Below the pieces are notes generated by a model. That model was not told the DNA's origin, did not search any database, and saw nothing but the letters and a program-made list of their open reading frames with translations. Of a DNA stretch of 64,000 bases, positions 56,887 through 64,000 are shown in pieces. The stretch is taken from NCBI GenBank assembly GCA_965207995.1, contig OZ242299.1, positions 788,863 to 852,862 on the forward strand. Direction: 5' to 3'. How positions within the stretch are numbered: the stretch's first letter is position 1; every line of letters begins with the position of its first letter. Made by a program: the position numbers and the translations under genes. This stretch comes from Dehalococcoidia bacterium. GTDB lineage: Bacteria > Chloroflexota > Dehalococcoidia > SHYB01.

Positions 56887-57993
56887 CTAGCCGATGTGGT
56901 AGAGGCGCATCGCGTTGCCCGCGAGTATCTGGTGCTTCTCCTCAGCAGGGACGCCCTCGAACGCGCGGTCGATCGCGGTCCAGGAGTTCGGCCAGTCGGT
57001 CGATGTGTGGGCGTAGTCGCTCGACCACAGGATCTTGTCGAGGCCGATCGCGCCCCGGTTCTGTACCGCGTAGTTGTCGGTGATATAGGTGTAGAAGATG
57101 TTGTGCTCGGTGTAGTAGCTCGGAAGGTGTTTGGTCTTGACGTAGGGGATCTGCAGGTCCCGCACGTGGTGCTTGTCCATCTGTTCGATGACGTAGGGCA
57201 CCCACCCGCAATCGACCTCCGCGAAGATGAACTTGAGGCCGGGGAAGCGGTCGAACACCTCGGCGTAGACCAGCTCGTTGATCCTCCCCGGCACGCTGGT
57301 GAACCGGAAGGTCGCCTGGGGGATGGTCGTGCTGTGGTGACCGACGGGCTCGGTCGCGAGGGAGACGTGGATGGCGATGGGAATATCGGCTTCCTGCGCC
57401 GCTGCCCAGAGCGGGTCGTCCGCTGGAGAGACGTGGTACTCACCCGAGGGATAGCCGCCGATCACGGCACCACGGATCCCGGGCAGGGCGAGGGCGCGGT
57501 GGAACTCCGCGACCGCCTCCTCGACTCCACAGCAGGGCATCATCGCCAGACCGAAGAGGCGGTCCGGCGCATGGGTGCAATACTCTGAGAGCCAGTCGTT
57601 GTACGCCCGGATCAGGGAGGTCTGAAACTCCGCGTCCTCGCGGTTCCACCAGATGCCGTTCGAGAGGCGTGGGGTAGGATACAGCAGCTCCCCATCGACG
57701 CCGTCGATGTCGATCTCCTTGATCCGTTCCGCCGGATCGAAGCCGCCGCGCCGCACGTTCTCCCACTTGATCCACCGTGACCGCTTCTCGATTGGATCCG
57801 AGGCGCATTGATTGAGCCCGAAGTGAACCGGGTCGATGGCGCCCTCGATGACCCAGGCGTCGCCCTCTTCGAACCGCTGCATGCGCGGGGCGCGGTCGGC
57901 GAACTTCGCGGCCACTCGGTCCCGCCACAGTTCCGGCGGCTCGTTCACGTGGGAGTCTCCGGAGATGAGCTTGTATTCGGTCCGTTTCGTCAT
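56887..57993 (-). CDS. amidohydrolase_2 family protein, paralog 2 (about 80% identical to 55321..56427)
   Basis: Start at MTKRTEYKLISGDSHVNEPP (cat 57991-57993); same 368-aa length and motifs as paralog 1. Confidence 0.8.
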   Translation of the reverse strand: MTKRTEYKLISGDSHVNEPPELWRDRVAAKFADRAPRMQRFEEGDAWVIEGAIDPVHFGLNQCASDPIEKRSRWIKWENVRRGGFDPAERIKEIDIDGVDGELLYPTPRLSNGIWWNREDAEFQTSLIRAYNDWLSEYCTHAPDRLFGLAMMPCCGVEEAVAEFHRALALPGIRGAVIGGYPSGEYHVSPADDPLWAAAQEADIPIAIHVSLATEPVGHHSTTIPQATFRFTSVPGRINELVYAEVFDRFPGLKFIFAEVDCGWVPYVIEQMDKHHVRDLQIPYVKTKHLPSYYTEHNIFYTYITDNYAVQNRGAIGLDKILWSSDYAHTSTDWPNSWTAIDRAFEGVPAEEKHQILAGNAMRLYHIG

Positions 57994-58148
57994 CGGTTCA
58001 CCCCGCGCCGTGGGCCGGGCAGCCCTGAGATCCGCCGCTAGTCTACTTGATTCCGGCCAACCCACGCCTCCATGCGATTCGAGCGGACGTTGTTGGTGCT
58101 ATTCTGTCGGCCATTCCCTTAAGTGAGCACGTCTCGCGGAGGCGACCC

Positions 58149-58691
58149 ATGGCGCGCGTACCCTACATCACCCGTGACGACCTTGGCCCAGCGGAGCAGC
58201 CGCTCTACGACGGCATCGTGGAGCCCCGCGGCGGCAGGCTTGCCGCCGTCTTCTCGCTGCTCCTCAACGCCCCGGAAATGGCCTCGCTCGTGGGCGATGT
58301 CGGCGCCTACGCCCGCTTCCGCTCCCAGATCCCCGGCAACGCCCGCGAGACGGTCATCTTGACCACGGCCCGCGAGATCGGCTGCGCCTACGAGTTCACC
58401 CACCACATTCCCATCGCCCGCAAGGAGGGCGTGCGCGAGCTCGTGATCGACGGGATCAAGGCGGGCAACACCCGCGGCATGATCCCTCAGGAGTCGGTCT
58501 TCGTCGACTACGCCAAGCAGGTGGTCAACAACAAGGTCAATGACGCGACCTACACCGCCATCGAGCACCTGCTCGGGCGCCAGGGCGCGGTTGAGGTCAC
58601 CGTGCTCGCTGGCTACTACACCATGCTCGGCCTCTCCATGATGGCCCTCGGCGTCGAGCTCGAAGAAGGCGTCGAGGACCTGTTGGCTTAG
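58149..58691 (+). CDS. carboxymuconolactone decarboxylase (CMD/AhpD-like) family protein
   Basis: Start at MARVPYITRDDL (atg 58149); 180 aa, all-helical AhpD-like fold with …EIGCAYEFTHH… motif. Confidence 0.7.
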   Translation: MARVPYITRDDLGPAEQPLYDGIVEPRGGRLAAVFSLLLNAPEMASLVGDVGAYARFRSQIPGNARETVILTTAREIGCAYEFTHHIPIARKEGVRELVIDGIKAGNTRGMIPQESVFVDYAKQVVNNKVNDATYTAIEHLLGRQGAVEVTVLAGYYTMLGLSMMALGVELEEGVEDLLA

Positions 58692-58797
58692 CCGCCTAGC
58701 CCCGCGTGAGCACCACGCTCCGGTAGGCGTCCACGGTGGCCCGGAAGGTGACAGCCCGGGCCGCCATGTATACTCGCGGCATTCCGAAAGGTGCCAC

Positions 58798-59649
58798 ATG
58801 AAAGGGACGCTCGGCCCGAACGATCTGGTCATCACGGGCGCGACGCTGGGCAACCCGCCCTACCGCGCCATCATCGAGGCCGCCGCCGCGGGCGGCTTCG
58901 ACGGCGTGTCGATTTCGCCGACGCGGGCGTACCTCGCCGCCAAGGAAGGGGGCATGAAGGCCACGGAGATGCGCGCAATCGCCGAGGCGAACGGCGTGGT
59001 CGTCAACGACGTGGACGCCGTCGCCGTCTGGACCGGGTCCGACAGGCCCAGCACTCACGGACCGCCGGCGAGCGAGGACTTGGTCTACGAGGCGGGGGAG
59101 GCGCTCGGGGCGACCTTCGTCAACGTCGTCTTCGGCAGCGACGGCCCACTCCCCGTCGATCAGGTCACCGAAGCCTTCGCCGGGGTCTGCAAGCGGGCAA
59201 TCGACCGTGGACTCTGGCCATACCTCGAGTTCGTCCCCTCCATGCGGGCGGTTCCCGACGTGGCGACGGCGTGGCGCGTGGTGCAGGACTGCGGCTGTCC
59301 CGAAGCCGGACTGCTCGTCGACACGTGGCACTGCCGGACGGGCGGCACGACATACGACGAGCTGCGGGTCCTTCCCGGCGACCGCGTGACCGGGGTGCAG
59401 GTCAACGACGCTCCCGACGAGCCGGCCGAGGAGCTCATCAAGGTCGGCATGCAGCGCCGGCTTCCGCCGGGCGACGGCGTCCTCGACCTCGTGGAGTTCA
59501 TCCGCATCCTAGACGCCATCGGCTCACAGGCACCGCTCAGCATCGAGGTCTTTTCCACCGAGCTGGTGCAACGGCATGCTCCGCCGGAGCTCGCCAAGCT
59601 GCTCGGCGATTCCCTGCGAGCGGTCATCGCTCAAGCACGCCCGGCCTAA
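58798..59649 (+). CDS. sugar phosphate isomerase/epimerase (xylose-isomerase-like TIM barrel) family protein
   Basis: 283 aa; AP-endonuclease-2/xylose-isomerase-like barrel features (…GFDGVSIS…LLVDTWH…). Confidence 0.7.
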   Translation: MKGTLGPNDLVITGATLGNPPYRAIIEAAAAGGFDGVSISPTRAYLAAKEGGMKATEMRAIAEANGVVVNDVDAVAVWTGSDRPSTHGPPASEDLVYEAGEALGATFVNVVFGSDGPLPVDQVTEAFAGVCKRAIDRGLWPYLEFVPSMRAVPDVATAWRVVQDCGCPEAGLLVDTWHCRTGGTTYDELRVLPGDRVTGVQVNDAPDEPAEELIKVGMQRRLPPGDGVLDLVEFIRILDAIGSQAPLSIEVFSTELVQRHAPPELAKLLGDSLRAVIAQARPA

Positions 59650-59745
59650 CGCCGGCCGCGAGCCGGGCATCTTGGCTAGGGGAGCCCTGAGCGCGCGCGT
59701 GTATACTCACCGGCGGCAATTCGCCCGCGCAGGGACTCGCCGCGC

Positions 59746-61158
59746 ATGACGCATCCCCTCGACCCCATCTTCCATCCCCGTTCGATCGCGGTTGCAGGGG
59801 CGTCCCCGGACTCCTCGAAGTCGGGAAACCAGTTCTTCAGGAATCAAGCCCATCATGGGTTCGCAGGGGACTTGTACCCGGTCAACCCCCGGGGCGAGGA
59901 CGTGCTTGGCTACCGGGGCTACAAGAGCCTCGACGACATTCCGGGCCACGTCGACTACGTGATCTCCACCGTGCCCGCCGAGGCGGCGCTCGACCTCATC
60001 GAACAAGCGGGCAGGAAGGGGACACGCGCCGTCCATTTCTTCACCGCCCGCTTCAGCGAGACGGGCGACCGCGAAAAGGCGGAACTGGAGCGAGCGCTCG
60101 TGGCGCGGGCGAGGGCCGCCGACGTCCGTATCCTCGGGCCCAATTGCATGGGCATCTACCACCCCAAGCACGGCATGGCCTTTTGGCCCTCGCCCAAAGA
60201 GCCGGGGAACGCCGCCGTGCTCGCCCAGAGCGGCGGCAACATGCTGGAGCTCATCCACGTCACCTCGCAGCGGGGGCTGCGCTTCAGCAAGGTGATGAGC
60301 TACGGCAACGCCACCGACATCAACGAGGCCGACCTCGTCGAGTACTTCGGGCAGGACGAGGAGACGGCGGTGATCGGCGCCTATATCGAGGGCGTGCGGG
60401 ACGGGCCGCGGTTCGCGCGGGCGCTTGCCGAGGCCGTCCGCCGCAAGCCGGTGGTGATCTGGAAGGGTGGGCGGACATCGGCCGGCCAACGCGCCGCGGC
60501 GTCGCACACCGCCTCCCTCGCCGGATCGGAGGAGATCTGGCGCGCGCTCGCCCGGCAGACCGGCGCGGTCCTCGTCGACAGCCTTGACGACCTTGGCGAT
60601 ATGCTGATCGCCTTCGCCAACTCGCCGCCGGCGGCGGGGCGGCGCGTCGGCGTCGTGGGCGGCGGCGGCGGCCGCATGGTCGAGAGCGCCGACGCGTGCG
60701 AGGACGCCGGGCTGGTCGTCGAGCCGGTTCCCGAGTCGGTGCGGGAGGAGTACCGCGCCAGGTTCCCCGAGGTCGCCGACTGGATCACCAACCCCGCCGA
60801 CATCTCTATCCTGGGCGGCTCCGACCTCGACGAGGCCGCGATCTTCGAGATGTTCGCCGCGCGGCCGGAATACGACCTCCTCCTCGCCAACCTCCCAGGG
60901 CCTTGGCTCTTCGACGGGCAACGGACCGAGGGCCAGATCATGGCGCCGGTCGAGCGCCTGGTTGAGACGGCGAGGCGCTCGGGGAAGCCCGCCGCCTTCG
61001 TCGTCAACGACGCGGTCAGCAGCCGCCGGGGCGACGTCGACGTCACTCTGCGAATCCGAGCATGCGTCGCCGAGGCGGGTCTCCCCGTCTATCCTAGTAT
61101 CCGCCGCGCAGCGCGGAGCCTATCGCGTCTCGCCGCGTTCTACGCCGACGACCGCTAG
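59746..61158 (+). CDS. acyl-CoA synthetase (NDP-forming) alpha-domain / CoA-binding protein, paralog of 45638..47056
   Basis: 470 aa; same architecture (…IAVAGASPDSSKSGNQFFRN…, …GRTSAGQRAAASHTASLAG…), about 40% identical to the first copy. Confidence 0.8.
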   Translation: MTHPLDPIFHPRSIAVAGASPDSSKSGNQFFRNQAHHGFAGDLYPVNPRGEDVLGYRGYKSLDDIPGHVDYVISTVPAEAALDLIEQAGRKGTRAVHFFTARFSETGDREKAELERALVARARAADVRILGPNCMGIYHPKHGMAFWPSPKEPGNAAVLAQSGGNMLELIHVTSQRGLRFSKVMSYGNATDINEADLVEYFGQDEETAVIGAYIEGVRDGPRFARALAEAVRRKPVVIWKGGRTSAGQRAAASHTASLAGSEEIWRALARQTGAVLVDSLDDLGDMLIAFANSPPAAGRRVGVVGGGGGRMVESADACEDAGLVVEPVPESVREEYRARFPEVADWITNPADISILGGSDLDEAAIFEMFAARPEYDLLLANLPGPWLFDGQRTEGQIMAPVERLVETARRSGKPAAFVVNDAVSSRRGDVDVTLRIRACVAEAGLPVYPSIRRAARSLSRLAAFYADDR

Positions 61159-61189
61159 CCCGCGTAATGGCAGAGGGGGCTAGGCCCCG

Positions 61190-62128
61190 TCAGCGGAGCC
61201 TGCCTTCGAAGTACGCCGCGATCCTGCGGACGTATTCTTCCGGCGCCTCCAGGTAGCCGTCGGAGTGCCCCGGGCTGTCGACGAGCCACAGCTCGCTGCC
61301 CGCCGCTGCGGCGCCGTGCACACGGATGCCGTGTTCCACCGGCACGCGATCGTCGTTCTTGCCATGAATGACGAGGATGGGGTAGTCGAGGGCGGCGACG
61401 GACTTTTCGGGAATCATCTGGCCCAGATCGATACCGTAGAACCACTTGGCCATCACCCGCGCGGGCGGGATGAAGGCGGGAATCATCCAGCGGGGGAAGG
61501 GGGTCTTGAGCGCGGCCTCGTTGGCGACGAGGTCGTGGACCTTGGCATAGGGGCTGTCGAGGGCCAGAGCATAGATCGCGGGCTCCTGCTCCGCAGCCAA
61601 AACCGAGGCGGCGGCGCCCATCGAGAAGCCGAGGATGCCAACCCGCTCCGGCGGAACACCCCGTTCTTCAAGATAGTCAAGGGCGCCGAGCACGTCGCGC
61701 TGCTCGAAGAAGCCGCCGGAGGCCCGGTCGCCCCCCGAGGTGCCGTGGGCGCGCAGGTCGAACATGAGCGCGCCGTAGCCTCGCGAGGCAAAGTCGGCGG
61801 TGATCGGAAGGATGTCGTCCCCGGTCCGCTGCGACCCCTGGCCGTGCACGAAGAGCACCACCGGCCCGTCGGGCGGCGGAGCAACGTACCAACCTTCCAA
61901 CACGAGTTCGTCGCCACGGGGGTTGAACCGCACTTCTTCGAACGTCAGACCGAAGTCGCCGGGGTCGCCCTCATGGGGGTCCCGCTCGGCGGCCGTCGTG
62001 CCCCGCGCGATGAGGAAGGCGATGAGCAGGTAGCCCACGACCAGGACGACGAGCGCAACGCCGATGCCGATCCAAGCCCGGAGTCCGAGCCGCGGCCGGC
62101 GGGCCAAAAAGCTGGCAATGCGTCCCAT
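61190..62128 (-). CDS. membrane-anchored alpha/beta hydrolase (dienelactone-hydrolase / S9-like)
   Basis: Start assumed at MGRIASFLARRPRLG (the track ORF begins 36 nt upstream at 62164); single N-terminal TM helix, HGQGS…GFSMGA (nucleophile elbow) and C-terminal HGKNDDRVP…GH catalytic triad elements. Confidence 0.7.
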   Translation of the reverse strand: MGRIASFLARRPRLGLRAWIGIGVALVVLVVGYLLIAFLIARGTTAAERDPHEGDPGDFGLTFEEVRFNPRGDELVLEGWYVAPPPDGPVVLFVHGQGSQRTGDDILPITADFASRGYGALMFDLRAHGTSGGDRASGGFFEQRDVLGALDYLEERGVPPERVGILGFSMGAAASVLAAEQEPAIYALALDSPYAKVHDLVANEAALKTPFPRWMIPAFIPPARVMAKWFYGIDLGQMIPEKSVAALDYPILVIHGKNDDRVPVEHGIRVHGAAAAGSELWLVDSPGHSDGYLEAPEEYVRRIAAYFEGRLR

Positions 62129-62247
62129 AGATCCCCCACCTGTCGCCCGCATCATACGCCGCACTGCCGCGCGCTGCAGCCAGGCGCTCTATAATCGAGG
62201 CCAGCTGTCAAGGGCGTCCTTCAAGAACGCGCGAAAGGAATCCACAG

Positions 62248-63129
62248 ATGAACGGCCCCGCACGACTCACCGAGCTGCTGGAACGGGACGGCATTATCAC
62301 CGCGCCGGGAACGCACGACGCCATCACGGCCAAGCTGGCCGTCCAGGCCGGGTTCGAGGCCTGCTACGTCAGCGGCAGCGGAATCTCGACCGCCTTGACC
62401 GGCCTTCCCGACGTGGGCATGGTCACGCTCACTGAAATGGCGAAGGCGGTGCGCTACATCAACGACGCCGCACCCGGCATGCCGCTCATCGTTGACGGCG
62501 ATACCGGCCACGGCAGCGCCTTGAACGCGATGCGCTACGTCCACGAGCTCGAACGCTCGGGAGCGGCGGCGGTCCACATCGAAGACCAGGAATTCCCCAA
62601 GCGCTGCGGCCATCTCGACGGTAAGACCATCGTCCCCGCCGACGAGATGATCGGCAAGGTGCGCGCGGCCCTGGAGGCGCGGTCCGACCCCAACTTCCGC
62701 ATCATCGCCCGCTGCGACGCCAAGGCCGTCGAGGGGCTCGCGCCCGCCATCGAACGCATGAAGCGCTACGCCGACGCCGGCGCCGACATCATCTTCCCCG
62801 AGGCGCTGCAATCGGAGGAGGAGTTCCGCACCGTGGCCGAGGCCATCGATATCCCACTGCTGGCCAACATGACGGACTTCGGGAAGACGCCCTACATCAG
62901 CGCCGACCAATTCGAGGCCTGGGGATTCAAGATCGTGATCTTCCCCGTCTCCGCCCTGCGCATCGCCAACCACGCCGTCCTCGAATTCTTCAAGGCGCTG
63001 CGCGACTCAGGGACACAGAGGGAGCACCTCGAACAGATGCTGACGCGGCAACATCTCTACGAGATCATCGACTACGACAAGTACCAAAACTATCAGGACC
63101 AGTTCGCCTTAAGCGAGCCGCCCTCGTAA
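62248..63129 (+). CDS. isocitrate lyase/PEP mutase superfamily protein (methylisocitrate lyase / carboxyvinyl-carboxyphosphonate phosphorylmutase-like)
   Basis: 293 aa; ICL/PEPM motifs (…AGFEACYVSGSG…, …IVDGDTGHG…, …HIEDQEFPKRCGHLDGK…). Confidence 0.8.
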   Translation: MNGPARLTELLERDGIITAPGTHDAITAKLAVQAGFEACYVSGSGISTALTGLPDVGMVTLTEMAKAVRYINDAAPGMPLIVDGDTGHGSALNAMRYVHELERSGAAAVHIEDQEFPKRCGHLDGKTIVPADEMIGKVRAALEARSDPNFRIIARCDAKAVEGLAPAIERMKRYADAGADIIFPEALQSEEEFRTVAEAIDIPLLANMTDFGKTPYISADQFEAWGFKIVIFPVSALRIANHAVLEFFKALRDSGTQREHLEQMLTRQHLYEIIDYDKYQNYQDQFALSEPPS

Positions 63130-63222
63130 GCCGCAATGCGGGTATGGGGTATGCTAGAAGGGCCTTCCATGATGGCCTGAGGGGCGGCGAGGGTGCCCCC
63201 GGGCACGAGAGCGAAGGCATGG

Positions 63223-64000
63223 TGAGGACCTCATGCACTACGTCGATTTGATCGTGGAGAAGCGCGACCACGTCGCCACGATCACCTTCAACCGCCCCGA
63301 GCGGCTCAACGCCTTCCGCCGGCACACCTACCACGAGATGTTGGAGGCCCTGGCCGACATCGACGCCGACGAGGATGTCCACTCGGTGATCCTGGCCGCC
63401 AACGGGCGCGGCTTCTGCACCGGGCACGACATGGGCGAGGCGCCGCAGCCGCCGGAGCTCCGACTCAGCCGGCACGCCGGCGGGCGCAAGTACTCCGACA
63501 TCTGCGAGGCGCTGCTTCAGCTTCGGCAGCCGCTCGTCGCGGCGATCAACGGCTGGTGCGCCGCGGGCGGCTTCGGCTTCGCGCTCTGCTGCGACGTCCT
63601 GATCGCCGGCGAGGAAGCCCGGTTCTACAACCCACAGATCAAGTTCGGCTATCCCAGCCTTCCCGGCGTCGGGGCGCTGCTCAATCTCTACACCTCGCCG
63701 GCCGTCACCAAAGACATCATCCTCGGCCGCCGCAACGTCGACGCGCAGGATGCGCTGCGCATGGGCATCGTCAGCCGGGTTGTCCCCAACGACCGCCTCC
63801 TCGATGAGGCCTGGTCCGTCGCCGCAAAGATGGCCGAGACCCCGCCCGACATCATGGCGATGCAGCGCGAGATGATGAACCGTATCTGGATCGCGCAGTC
63901 GGGCGCCTACCTCTCTTTGGTCACGGGCCGCGACACCGCCATCGCGGGTCACTCCCTCCCCGACTGGGAAGAGACCGAGGCGGACTGGAAGAACCAGACC
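63223..64000 (+). CDS. enoyl-CoA hydratase/isomerase family protein (3' end beyond window)
   Basis: Start atg 63223 with the same GGTGAGGAC SD as the SDR gene; MHYVDLIVEKRDHVATITFNRPERLNAF… crotonase N-terminus and oxyanion region …AINGWCAAGGFGFALCCDV…. Confidence 0.75.

Noticed and set aside
63065-63952. 295-aa minus-strand ORF at the right edge
   Set aside because: Antisense to a clear crotonase-family gene starting at 63223 with an SD; Arg/Ala/Gly-rich.

Overview
High-GC (about 68-70%) bacterial chromosomal segment, densely coding on both strands. Most antisense ORFs in the supplied track are Arg/Ala/Gly/Pro-rich artefacts of GC-rich DNA and are not called. Gene content is dominated by CoA-ester, fatty-acid and aromatic-acid catabolism. 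This includes three enoyl-CoA hydratases, acyl-CoA dehydrogenase, EtfAB, MaoC dehydratase, acyl-CoA ligase, a DUF35/thiolase pair, two ADP-forming acyl-CoA-synthetase-like CoA-binding proteins, three amidohydrolase_2 paralogs, a cupin and a CMD-family protein. There are also three luciferase-like (LLM) F420-dependent oxidoreductases and a housekeeping backbone (leuS, def, cca, secD, secF, ruvB, coaE, cinA). Lineage cannot be fixed from sequence alone. F420 enzymes, a near-leaderless promoter and the GC content suggest Actinomycetota or Chloroflexota. Accessory or unusual content is listed here. (1) A giant secreted protein of about 2,710 aa (17617..25750, minus strand) built from about 15 Calx-beta domains, 6 copies of a second beta-sandwich module and 2 C-terminal pre-peptidase (PPC) domains. 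A single-nucleotide frameshift in an AAA run splits it into two ORFs. (2) Immediately upstream on the same strand, a CbbQ/NorQ-type MoxR AAA+ ATPase plus a 1,077-aa VWA (CbbO/NorD-like) partner, with no RuBisCO or NO-reductase nearby. (3) A family of at least 9 GC-rich REP-like palindromic elements, all intergenic, including a tandem composite array between ruvB and an LLM gene. (4) Four tandem copies of a 70-bp hairpin unit directly downstream of an AT-rich island carrying a near-consensus sigma-70 promoter. This may be a structured ncRNA or a type-III-antitoxin-like array. (5) SecF expanded to 901 aa by about 550 aa of acidic, internally repetitive periplasmic sequence. (6) A lipoprotein made of two fused, near-identical PstS phosphate-binding domains, with five 11-bp-phased GTTAAC-like repeats (Pho-box-like) in the pstS/ruvB divergent region. 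(7) A vapBC toxin-antitoxin pair with its own AT-rich promoter island. No tRNA, rRNA, CRISPR array, transposase or integrase was recognised.
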